Below are positions 19,645-28,416 of a DNA stretch of 64,000 bases, piece after piece. Origin of the DNA: an uncultured Bacteroidota bacterium (GTDB lineage Bacteria; Bacteroidota; Bacteroidia; Bacteroidales; WCHB1-69). How positions within the stretch are numbered: the first letter of the stretch is position 1; every line of letters begins with the position of its first letter. The notes beneath the pieces were generated by a model. It searched no databases. It saw only the letters and a program-made list of their open reading frames with translations, and was not told the origin of the DNA. The stretch lies in assembly GCA_902774205.1 (NCBI GenBank), contig CACYHL010000001.1, forward strand, positions 20,022-84,021. The letters are read 5' to 3'. A program made the position numbers and the translations under genes.

Positions 19645-19724
19645 AGCGAATTTTTATCAAGTAAAAAAATCATAATTAGCGAACTTTTATAAGATAAATT
19701 TCGTATTTTTGCGAACTTTTATTG
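19645..19724 (+). repeat. three imperfect direct repeats GCGAAyTTTTAT spaced 32-33 nt apart
   Basis: agcgaatttttatcaag (19645), agcgaacttttataag (19678) and tgcgaacttttattg (19710). The third overlaps a TATTTTTG -7 box at 19704-19711. Confidence 0.6.
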
Positions 19725-19747
19725 TATAATAATTGAAAAAGAAATCC

Positions 19748-21040
19748 ATGGAATTGCAGAAAATTCGGGAAATTGTTGCGCAGCAGCGTGAAGAAGCACA
19801 TCGTATGAACGTACATAACTGGTGCGACCGAATGGAAGAGCAGTTTCTTGAATTGGATTCTCCATTGGCACAGATTGTCATTGGGGTGCGCAGAAGTGGG
19901 AAATCCACCCTCTGCCACAAGTTTTTAAAACAACATAACATAACCTATGCCTACATCAATTTCGATGATGAGCGCTTGGTGAATTTTCATACCGAGGATT
20001 TCGACCTCCTTTTGGAAGCATTGACAATCGTTTATGGAGATTTTGAATATTTGTTTGTTGACGAACCTCAAAATATCAACTATTGGCATTTGTTTGTCAA
20101 CCGCCTATTACGCCAGCAGGTTCATGTTTTCCTGACGGGCAGCAATGCCAAGCTGCTTAGTGGGGAATTGGCCACCCATCTCACCGGCAGATATAACCAG
20201 ATAGAGTTGTACCCACTTTCTTTTTCCGAATATGTGATCTTGCTGAATATTAATAGAGACCCCTTATTGATCCGAGACAAGGCTGCTTTGCAAATCGCTT
20301 ACGAGAATTACATCAACAAAGGAGGTCTGCCGGAAGTGGTTAGATTAACCAGATGGAAAAGTTACATTATCAACATATTCAATGCCATCTTGGAGCGGGA
20401 TATCATGCAACGCTTTCATGTTCGTTTCCCCTCCGTTTTTCACGATATAGCCCATTATCTTTTGAGCAATTTCACTCATGAGTGCAACTATGACCGGATT
20501 GCATCAATCTTCGGTGTCGCTTCTGACAAGACGGTAAGAAAATATGTTTCCTATCTTGAACAAGCTTATCTGTTCATCCCATTATATAAATTCTCCTATA
20601 AAAGTAGAATCCGCATGCGAAATGCGAAACTTTATGTGGTGGATACGGCTTTTGCAACGGCAGTAAATGAATTGTCGGGTGGGGACGATGGATGGAAGTT
20701 GGAAAATATGGTTTTTCTTGAGCTATTGCGTCGTCGCCAAGTAAACAACTACGAATTATTTTACTACAAGAACAATTACGAGATTGACTTTGTGGTTACC
20801 GTTGGTAAGAAAGTAGTGGAGTTGATACAGGTGTGTTCTGATATCAGCAATGAACGCACTCTTCAGAGAGAACTGAAAGCATTGGCAAACGGATCGGATG
20901 AACTGAACTGCCACAAAATGACATTAATTGCTAATTCTGAAAGCAGAGAAATACAGTATAAAGGAAAGGTAATCCAAATCGTTTCGGCTAAGGAATGGCT
21001 GCTGGAAAAAAATGGCATTGAGAACGTGAATGTACTATGA
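19748..21040 (+). CDS. AAA-family ATPase with DUF4143-type C-terminal domain
   Basis: The ORF-track start at 19733 is TTG; the first ATG is 19748 (MELQKIREI). Walker A GVRRSGKST and Walker B LFVDEPQ. Its stop overlaps the next start (ATGA). Confidence 0.7.
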   Translation: MELQKIREIVAQQREEAHRMNVHNWCDRMEEQFLELDSPLAQIVIGVRRSGKSTLCHKFLKQHNITYAYINFDDERLVNFHTEDFDLLLEALTIVYGDFEYLFVDEPQNINYWHLFVNRLLRQQVHVFLTGSNAKLLSGELATHLTGRYNQIELYPLSFSEYVILLNINRDPLLIRDKAALQIAYENYINKGGLPEVVRLTRWKSYIINIFNAILERDIMQRFHVRFPSVFHDIAHYLLSNFTHECNYDRIASIFGVASDKTVRKYVSYLEQAYLFIPLYKFSYKSRIRMRNAKLYVVDTAFATAVNELSGGDDGWKLENMVFLELLRRRQVNNYELFYYKNNYEIDFVVTVGKKVVELIQVCSDISNERTLQRELKALANGSDELNCHKMTLIANSESREIQYKGKVIQIVSAKEWLLEKNGIENVNVL

Positions 21041-22200
21041 GAAAAATTTGTTTTATTACCGGGACCCGCGCCGAATACGGCCTGCTCAGTCGCCTGATGA
21101 AAATGGTGCAGGACGATAACAGCACCCAATTGCAGATTATCGCCACCAATATGCACCTGTCGCCCAAATTCGGCAATACCTATCAGGAAATTGAAAACGA
21201 TGGTTTTATCATTGACAAAAAAATCCCAATTCTTGAAGATGGAAAAGACGATGCCAATGCAACGTTGAAATCTATGGCAAAAGCCTTGTCCGGTTTTGCG
21301 GATGCTTACGATGAGCTGAAACCGGATATGGTGGTGGTGTTAGGTGACCGTTATGAAATTTTAGCTGCTGCAACTGCTGCACTTTTCGAACGTATTCCCA
21401 TTGCCCATATCCACGGCGGCGAAATCACTGAAGGTGCATACGATGATGCCATCCGCCATAGTATCACCAAGATGAGCCATCTGCATTTTGCCTCGACCGA
21501 GGAGTATCGGAAAAGGATCATACAGTTGGGTGAACAACCGGATAAAGTGTTCTACGTCGGTGCATTGGGCGTGGAGAATATCAAAAAGTTGCCTTTTATG
21601 GGCAAAGAAGAGATTGAAGAATACATTCACTTCAAGCTGGACGGGAACATCATTTTGGTGACCTACCATCCGGTCACGTTAGGTGCTCATTCAGCCGAGC
21701 AGGACATCAAAGAGTTTCTTGCCGCCTTGGAAGAACGCATAGATTTGCGTATTGTTTTTACGATGCCCAATTCTGATACTGGTAGCAATGTGATTGTAGA
21801 AGCAATAAATAAGTTTGTTGAAAACAATCCCAATCGAGCCATTGCATATAAATCTTTGGGATTGAAACGCTATCTTTCAGTAATGAAGTTTTGTTGTGCT
21901 GTAGTGGGTAATTCATCCAGTGGATTACTTGAAGTGCCTTCCTTTGGAATCCCAACGTTGAACATTGGTGATAGGCAGAAAGGCCGTATTGCGGCAGACA
22001 GCGTGTATAACTGCGACACCGACAAGTTCTCTATTCTTCAAGGGTTGGATACCATCATGTCACCTTCGTTCAAGCAGAAAGCTGCCGCAACACACAATCC
22101 ATACGATAAGGGAGGTACTGCACAGGCCATTTTTGATGTCATCAGCACTTATCCGCTTGATGAATTGAAACAAAAGCATTTTTACGATATAAAACAATGA
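21037..22200 (+). CDS. neuC: hydrolysing NDP-sugar 2-epimerase (NeuC/LegG family)
   Basis: 387 aa. KICFITGTRAEYGLL N-terminus with HIHGGE and the general NeuC layout. Confidence 0.8.
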   Translation: MRKICFITGTRAEYGLLSRLMKMVQDDNSTQLQIIATNMHLSPKFGNTYQEIENDGFIIDKKIPILEDGKDDANATLKSMAKALSGFADAYDELKPDMVVVLGDRYEILAAATAALFERIPIAHIHGGEITEGAYDDAIRHSITKMSHLHFASTEEYRKRIIQLGEQPDKVFYVGALGVENIKKLPFMGKEEIEEYIHFKLDGNIILVTYHPVTLGAHSAEQDIKEFLAALEERIDLRIVFTMPNSDTGSNVIVEAINKFVENNPNRAIAYKSLGLKRYLSVMKFCCAVVGNSSSGLLEVPSFGIPTLNIGDRQKGRIAADSVYNCDTDKFSILQGLDTIMSPSFKQKAAATHNPYDKGGTAQAIFDVISTYPLDELKQKHFYDIKQ

Positions 22201-23174
22201 AAATCATAGTAATAGGACTGGGCTCCATGGGCAAGCGGCGTATCCGTTTGTTGGGCGGAAGAAAAGACATTCAGCTTTTCGGCATTGATAGTCAAGAAAG
22301 CCGCTGTGAGGAGGTAAAGGAAAAGTTTGGCGTCAAATGCTATTCCAGCATTTCTGAAGTGGTGGCAGCCGAACATCCCGATGCCGCGATTATCAGCACC
22401 TCTCCGCTTTCTCACGCAGCTATTATCAAGGAGTGCTTGCAAAACAACATGCATGTGTTCACCGAAATCAATTTGGTTCCTGATGGGTATGCCGAGAATA
22501 TGAGGGTGGCCAAAGAAAAGAACAGGGTACTTTTCTTGTCCTCCACTTTTTTATATCGTAAAGAAACACAGACCATTATTGAAAAGGTGCAGCAGACCAA
22601 CTGTCCATTGAACTATATCTATCATATTGGGCAATATCTGCCCGACTGGCATCCCTGGGAAAGTTATAACAACTATTTCATCGGCAACCCACGCACTAAC
22701 GGCTGCCGTGAAATCATGGCTATTGACCTGCCGTGGATTGTGACGGCTTTTGGCCCCATCAAGAATGTTTCTGCTGTAAAGAGCAAAAACACAGAGCTGA
22801 ACATCAATTATAATGACAATTACCTTATCACCATTGAGCACGCAAATGGCAACAAAGGTGTGCTGGCAGTGGATGTGGTAACCCGTAAGTCTATCCGTCA
22901 CATTGAGGTGTATGGCGAAACTTTTCAGATGTCGTGGAATGGCACGGCAGATTCGCTGACAGAATATGACATTGAAAATAAAATAGAGAAAAAGATAGAA
23001 TTTGAGGATGCTTCAGAACACGTGGAAGGTTATGCAGCGTTTATCACCGAGAATCCCTATCGTGAAGAGTTGGATGCTTTCTTAGCGCAAATTGAAAATC
23101 CTGCGAACCTCCCTGCTTGGAACTTTGAGAAGGATTTGGAAATATTGAGAGTGATTGATCAAATAGAGGCATGA
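22197..23174 (+). CDS. Gfo/Idh/MocA-like oxidoreductase
   Basis: N-terminal Rossmann KIIVIGLGSMGKRR. ATGA overlaps on both sides. Confidence 0.6.
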   Translation: MKIIVIGLGSMGKRRIRLLGGRKDIQLFGIDSQESRCEEVKEKFGVKCYSSISEVVAAEHPDAAIISTSPLSHAAIIKECLQNNMHVFTEINLVPDGYAENMRVAKEKNRVLFLSSTFLYRKETQTIIEKVQQTNCPLNYIYHIGQYLPDWHPWESYNNYFIGNPRTNGCREIMAIDLPWIVTAFGPIKNVSAVKSKNTELNINYNDNYLITIEHANGNKGVLAVDVVTRKSIRHIEVYGETFQMSWNGTADSLTEYDIENKIEKKIEFEDASEHVEGYAAFITENPYREELDAFLAQIENPANLPAWNFEKDLEILRVIDQIEA

Positions 23175-24124
23175 TGAGAAAGTATAAAATTGCTTTTGTG
23201 GGATTGGGCTCTATCGCCAAACGTCATTTGAAAAATGTGACTTCATTTCTTGATGGCAGAGGGGATGGTTATCAGATTGACCTATATCGTTCTTCTATAA
23301 ATAGTCTGTTACCAGAAGATATTGCACCATTAGTGCGTGAAGTTTATTTATATGAAAACAGCATTCCTGCGGAAAGGATATATGATGTGGTTTTTGTTAC
23401 GAATCCCACATCCATGCATTATGAAACAATTGAGAGGTTTTACAAGCATACAACGTCATTCTTCATTGAAAAACCGATTTTTGCCGCTACCGATGTGGAT
23501 GAGTCCATCTTTGGTAAACTTTCAGGAATAATGAGTTACGTGGCATGCCCTTTGCGTTACAATGCGGTACTTCAGTATGTGAAGGAGAATGTTGATTTGG
23601 ATAAAGTTTATTCTGCACGGGCAATATCGTCGAGTTATTTGCCTGACTGGAGGCCGGGGCAGGATTATCGCAATACCTATAGTGCCCATAAAGAACTTGG
23701 TGGAGGAGTTGCCATTGATTTGATTCACGAATGGGATTACCTGACTTGGCTTTTTGAAACGCCAGATACATGTTATTCTATTCAAACAAAGATTTCCGAT
23801 CTGGAAATAAACAGTGAGGATGTAGCGCTGTATATTGCCAAAACCGATAAACGATTAATTGAACTGCATTTGGATTATTATGGTCGTGACTCTATAAGAA
23901 TATTACAGTTATTCATGCCAGATGATACTATTGAATGTGATATTTTACACGGCACAGTCCATTATTTGAAATCGCATAAAGAGATCAAGTTGGAGAGCGA
24001 GCGCAATGCTTTCCAAATGAAAGAGATTGAGCATTTCTTTGATATAATTGATGATAAAATTGATAACGACAGCACGCCCGAACATGCTTACCGTGTGCTG
24101 AAAATAGCGAAAGGAGAAATATAG
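23171..24124 (+). CDS. Gfo/Idh/MocA-like oxidoreductase
   Basis: N-terminal Rossmann KIAFVGLGSIAKRH; 317 aa. Confidence 0.55.
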   Translation: MMRKYKIAFVGLGSIAKRHLKNVTSFLDGRGDGYQIDLYRSSINSLLPEDIAPLVREVYLYENSIPAERIYDVVFVTNPTSMHYETIERFYKHTTSFFIEKPIFAATDVDESIFGKLSGIMSYVACPLRYNAVLQYVKENVDLDKVYSARAISSSYLPDWRPGQDYRNTYSAHKELGGGVAIDLIHEWDYLTWLFETPDTCYSIQTKISDLEINSEDVALYIAKTDKRLIELHLDYYGRDSIRILQLFMPDDTIECDILHGTVHYLKSHKEIKLESERNAFQMKEIEHFFDIIDDKIDNDSTPEHAYRVLKIAKGEI

Positions 24125-24125
24125 T

Positions 24126-24914
24126 ATGAATATTTTGTTTACCTTGTGTGGCCGAGCCGGCTCAAAGGGCGTGAAAGGCAAAAATGCCCGCGACTTTTTG
24201 GATGTGCCATTGGTGTGGTATTCCATGGCCAACATTGCACTTTATATGGAGAAATATGCCGCCAACGATAATGTCAAAATTGTGCTGAATACCGACAGCG
24301 AGCCTTTGAAAGATTTGGTTCGCAAAGTAAAGGATGTGCCTGTTACGATTCTTCACCGCGAAGAGCATCTGGCAGGCGACAAAGTTGCCAAAGTCGCTGT
24401 TATCATGGACAGCCTGAACAAAGCTGAAGAGGCTTTTGGCACAAAATTCGACATGGTAGTTGATTTAGACATCACTTCTCCGCTGCGCACCGTGCAGGAT
24501 GTGAAGAATGCCATCGACCGCAAGCGCCAACGCCCCGAGGTGGATGTGGTTTATTCCGTGGCGCCCTCCCGCCGCAATCCATACTTCAACATGGTGAAAG
24601 AAGAAAACGGTTTTTTTTGCAAAGCCATTCCTTCCAACTTCACCACCCGCCAGGAAGCCCCTGTGTTTTATGACATGAATGCTTCAATCTATGCGTATGC
24701 ACCTGAGGCACTAAAAAACAAAGAACACACCACATTCTTCAACTCCAATTGCGATGCAGTTATAATGAAAGACACTGGAATCTTGGATATTGATTCTGAG
24801 GAAGATTATGAATTGATGCAGGTGATTGCGAAGTATCTGTTTGAAAATGACACGAACTTTCAACAAACATATCAAAAAACATTAAGTTGGAAACACAATG
24901 AGAAACAACGATAA
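24126..24914 (+). CDS. acylneuraminate cytidylyltransferase family (CMP-nonulosonate synthetase, LegF/NeuA-like)
   Basis: LCGRAGSKGVKGKN and DITSPLR blocks of the CTP_transf_3 family. Confidence 0.8.
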   Translation: MNILFTLCGRAGSKGVKGKNARDFLDVPLVWYSMANIALYMEKYAANDNVKIVLNTDSEPLKDLVRKVKDVPVTILHREEHLAGDKVAKVAVIMDSLNKAEEAFGTKFDMVVDLDITSPLRTVQDVKNAIDRKRQRPEVDVVYSVAPSRRNPYFNMVKEENGFFCKAIPSNFTTRQEAPVFYDMNASIYAYAPEALKNKEHTTFFNSNCDAVIMKDTGILDIDSEEDYELMQVIAKYLFENDTNFQQTYQKTLSWKHNEKQR

Positions 24915-25938
24915 ATACATAATTTCTGACACGCAATCTATTAAAGATGCCCTCTCCGCTCTGAATGAAATCGGGCACTCTGCCCAGACGCTTTTTGTAG
25001 TGGACAGCGACAACAAAATGGCGGGCACGCTTACCGATGGTGACATTCGCAGAAGTTTGATTGCTGGACTGCCGATAACCACGACTGTTGATGCTGTGAT
25101 GCACAAGGATTTTCAGTATATAACCCAGGCAGATTGGGATGTACGGCGGCTTAAAACCTTGAGAAAAAAAAACATACTGTTCATCCCGATTTTGGATGAA
25201 GAACGGCATATTTTGGGTGTTTGCAATCTGATGAAATATAAAAATATCCTTCCCATTGATGCCGTATTGATGGCAGGAGGCAAAGGCGAACGCTTGCGCC
25301 CCCTTACCGAGCACACCCCAAAACCATTGCTGCCAGTAGGAAAGAAGGCTATTATTGATTACAACATCGACAATTTGGCCTACTATGGTGTAAAAAATAT
25401 TTCTGTGACAGTCAACTACTTGAAAGAACAGTTGGAAGAGCATTTTGCCAGAGAGAGAGACGGTATAAAGGTGCAATGCGTGCGCGAACCTCGTTTTTTG
25501 GGTACGATGGGATCTGTGCAGTTTGTGGAGGAATTCCATAACGACACCATACTCATCATGAATTCCGACCTGTTCACCAATGTGGATTTGGAGGACTTCT
25601 ATTTGCACTTTAAAGAAACAGGCGCTGACATGTCTGCCGCTGCCATTCCGTATTCCGTATCTGTGCCGTACGGCATTTTCAATGTAAATGACGATGATAT
25701 TACCGGCTTGACAGAAAAGCCCACGTACAACTACTATGCCAATGCCGGCATATACTTGGTGAAACGGGAGGTCTTGGCTCTGATTCCGGAGGACACCTTC
25801 TTCAATGCCACCGATTTGATAGAGATGCTCATTGCCCGCCACAAGAAAGTTGTCCGCTTCCCCCTGCACGGCTACTGGATTGACATTGGCAACAAAGACG
25901 AATACGCCAAAGCGCAGGATATTGTGAAGCATTTATAG
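24898..25938 (+). CDS. CBS-pair plus nucleotidyltransferase protein (PtmE-like sugar-1-phosphate nucleotidylyltransferase)
   Basis: N-terminal CBS region (AGTLTDGDIRR) and C-terminal LMAGGKGERLRPLTEHTPKPLLPVG. This is the same architecture as Campylobacter PtmE of the GDP-linked legionaminic acid route. Confidence 0.7.
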   Translation: MRNNDKYIISDTQSIKDALSALNEIGHSAQTLFVVDSDNKMAGTLTDGDIRRSLIAGLPITTTVDAVMHKDFQYITQADWDVRRLKTLRKKNILFIPILDEERHILGVCNLMKYKNILPIDAVLMAGGKGERLRPLTEHTPKPLLPVGKKAIIDYNIDNLAYYGVKNISVTVNYLKEQLEEHFARERDGIKVQCVREPRFLGTMGSVQFVEEFHNDTILIMNSDLFTNVDLEDFYLHFKETGADMSAAAIPYSVSVPYGIFNVNDDDITGLTEKPTYNYYANAGIYLVKREVLALIPEDTFFNATDLIEMLIARHKKVVRFPLHGYWIDIGNKDEYAKAQDIVKHL

Positions 25939-26133
25939 TGTTTTCACTTGTGAAATTTCTCGTTACTATGTTGATTCTTTTCACAAGTTGAATTGAACTT
26001 TATTGTGTTTCTTTTGTTGAATTTATGTAGTTTTTTTATTCTATTCGGGAAAAATAGCTATATTTAATTGTAAGTTATTGAATGTGAGGTAATAAAAGTT
26101 TAGTAAAAACTAAACTATATCAAAAAAAAATTG

Positions 26134-26141
26134 TATGTTTG
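26134..26141 (+). promoter_or_regulatory. -7 box TATGTTTG ahead of the XRE gene
   Basis: TAnnTTTG 65 nt upstream of the ATG at 26206. A 7-bp palindrome AGTTTAG-n6-CTAAACT (26097-26116) sits just upstream. Confidence 0.45.
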
Positions 26142-26205
26142 CAGTCGAAAAGTTGGAGGCGGTTAGCGATACTGGTAAAGTGTTGTTCTTTAAGCTGGAT
26201 TAATT

Positions 26206-26517
26206 ATGATTTCGAATGAGAAATTACTAGAAACTCCCGAGTATTGGACCACCCGCATACAAATGGATTTATACACACATTTGCAGGATTATATGAAGGA
26301 GAATGGCCTGAACAGGGCGCAGTTAGCGCAAAAGTTGGGTGTGACCAAGGGTTATGTAACGCAAGTACTGAATGGTGATTTTGACCACCGGCTTTCCAAA
26401 TTGGTGGAATTGTCGTTGGCTGTGGGATTGATTCCACAATTGGAATTTGTACCTAAAAAGGATTTATTTCAAGAAATTAATGTTGAGGGTATTGGAGTCC
26501 CCTACGACTTGCCCTGA
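26206..26517 (+). CDS. XRE-family helix-turn-helix transcriptional regulator (possible antitoxin)
   Basis: LNRAQLAQKLGVTKGYVTQVLNGDFDHRLSKLVELSLAVGL is a canonical HTH_3-type motif; 103 aa. Confidence 0.8.
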   Translation: MISNEKLLETPEYWTTRIQMDLYTHLQDYMKENGLNRAQLAQKLGVTKGYVTQVLNGDFDHRLSKLVELSLAVGLIPQLEFVPKKDLFQEINVEGIGVPYDLP

Positions 26518-26582
26518 AGCGTATTTGTGGAGGACAGAAAAGCAAAGAAAAGGGAACACTTAATTTAGGCTAAACACAAGAG

Positions 26583-27494
26583 ATGATGGAAATATTGAAA
26601 AATGGAAACGAAGGAGTACAAAGGTTGAGATACTATTCTTCGCTTTTTTCTAGATCTGTATTTATGAGATTAATCAAATTTAATGATTTCTCAAAAATAG
26701 ACATGATTAGAAACGCATTCGATAGTGACCAAATTGCGCAGCAAATCACATATGGAGATTATTTGGATAAGATATATCTTTCTCTGGTGTCGCAGTACAG
26801 AAATGAGTATGTAGTTAAAAATGCACTTATAAATAAGATTGTAGCTACAAACAAATGTGAAAACATCACTGTTTTTAACGAGTTTAGAGTGGGCGATTCA
26901 ATAGCAGATGTGGTTACCTTTAACGGTAAGAGTCGTGCTTATGAAATAAAGACGGAATTGGACTCCCCAAAGAGATTGTGTAACCAATCGGATTCATATC
27001 TTAAATTTTTTAATGAAAGCTATATCGTTGTGCCCGGAAACAAGATTGAAACTTATCTTTCTTGCATTGATGATCGCATAGGAATCATTGCAGTGAGTAC
27101 AAGGAGCGAAAAAATAGCATTTTCAAAGTATAGGAGAGCAGAAACATTAACTGATAATATGGATGTTGACGTTTTGATGCGTGTCTTACGGATTTCTGAA
27201 ATGGAATATCTTGTGAAGAAATGGTATGGAAAGTTACCCGATGTGGGGTATTTTGAAATGTATGATGCTTGCAAAGAACTAATTCGTAAAATTCCCGCAG
27301 AGAAACTTTCTCGTATGGTAGTGCAAACTATCAAAATGCGTAAGGAAGATGACATTATTTTCAATAATAATAGAAAGAGTCTGACTCAGATTTGTCTCGC
27401 CCTCAATATTAATTCAGGCCAATATGCGCAATTGTGTAAAAATCTTAATAAAACAATAAATCCTAGTTATGTATTTCCCATTATTACGAGGTAA
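26583..27494 (+). CDS. PD-(D/E)xK nuclease-like protein (sce7726-family-like)
   Basis: 303 aa. The core FNEFRVGDSIADVVTFNGKSRAYEIKTELD gives E100...D109...E121-x-K123 (nt 26880-26951). YRNEYVVKNALINKI resembles the sce7726-type family as I remember it. No search was run. Confidence 0.5.
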   Translation: MMEILKNGNEGVQRLRYYSSLFSRSVFMRLIKFNDFSKIDMIRNAFDSDQIAQQITYGDYLDKIYLSLVSQYRNEYVVKNALINKIVATNKCENITVFNEFRVGDSIADVVTFNGKSRAYEIKTELDSPKRLCNQSDSYLKFFNESYIVVPGNKIETYLSCIDDRIGIIAVSTRSEKIAFSKYRRAETLTDNMDVDVLMRVLRISEMEYLVKKWYGKLPDVGYFEMYDACKELIRKIPAEKLSRMVVQTIKMRKEDDIIFNNNRKSLTQICLALNINSGQYAQLCKNLNKTINPSYVFPIITR

Positions 27495-28416
27495 ACAATT
27501 TGAATTGATTGCTCTTAAGGAGTTTGCTGGAGCTCATCCTGAGAATAAGTGGATATGCCCGATTATAGAGCCGGTACGCGTGATGCAGCCCTCTCATATT
27601 AAATCATCTCTTATGAAAGCTGCTGAAGTACTCTCACAAAATCGGATCCCGTATAGTATTATTTTGAATCCTGAGAGAGGAGACTATGCAATCACTTCGA
27701 ATCGATTCTCTGTGGCTGATTTTCTGTGCATGTTCAATGAACTGGAAAATCGTCCGATACCAGCTTTTTTTGCAGGTGGAAAATGTAATGAAGTGAAAAA
27801 TGCAATTGTTGAAAACGGGCTTGAGGATGTTATGGTGGTTTTTGAGGATTCTTTTGATATTGAAGAAGCTGATGAGCTTTGTTCTAATAAATCCGTGTCA
27901 TATATAGTGTGCGCTGATGCCGATTCAAGGAGCAATCTGCGCTACTTAATGCGTACTGGAAAGAAAATCATTCGGCTGGATGATAAGTTTATTGTTCGTA
28001 AGCCAAATACAGAGTATAGAGGACGAGATGAAGATTCTTACACAGAAGAGTTCTTTTATTATAAAGAGGACAGGTTCTATGGTTTCTCTGATTACTGTGT
28101 ATTGCCAAAAGAATTTTCTGAAGGCGGGGGTACGCCTACTGCAATAGCTATCCATATGACATATCGTAAAAAGGAGGACTCTATTTGGGTACGGCATTTT
28201 GTATCGGATGAAGCTTATGATACACAAAATATTCGTAATAAGTTCGGTAGTGCTGCAAAACATTTAGAAGTTTTTTACAATACAGTTGAGCCCACAGCGG
28301 CCGTTCGTTGGATGATTGAAAATCGTGGCAAATACCCGGGATTGGGCGTGCTAAAAAAAGTTACTATGCTGAACCATCTTGAACTCATTTCGAACATACT
28401 TTCAACAACAGAGTGA
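27469..28416 (+). CDS. Beta_protein / sce7725-family-like protein
   Basis: 315 aa. The ATG at 27469 overlaps the upstream gene by 26 nt. The N-terminal signature MYFPLLRGKQFELIALKEF...PIIEPV is what I recall for Beta_protein (PF14350)/sce7725. Confidence 0.5.
   Translation: MYFPLLRGKQFELIALKEFAGAHPENKWICPIIEPVRVMQPSHIKSSLMKAAEVLSQNRIPYSIILNPERGDYAITSNRFSVADFLCMFNELENRPIPAFFAGGKCNEVKNAIVENGLEDVMVVFEDSFDIEEADELCSNKSVSYIVCADADSRSNLRYLMRTGKKIIRLDDKFIVRKPNTEYRGRDEDSYTEEFFYYKEDRFYGFSDYCVLPKEFSEGGGTPTAIAIHMTYRKKEDSIWVRHFVSDEAYDTQNIRNKFGSAAKHLEVFYNTVEPTAAVRWMIENRGKYPGLGVLKKVTMLNHLELISNILSTTE

Noticed and set aside
24760-25932. 390-aa minus-strand ORF opposite the CBS-nucleotidyltransferase gene
   Set aside because: The plus-strand product carries an unmistakable NTP-transferase motif (GGKGERLRPLT..PKPLLPVG) and CBS region. 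The minus ORF is a motif-free shadow ORF.
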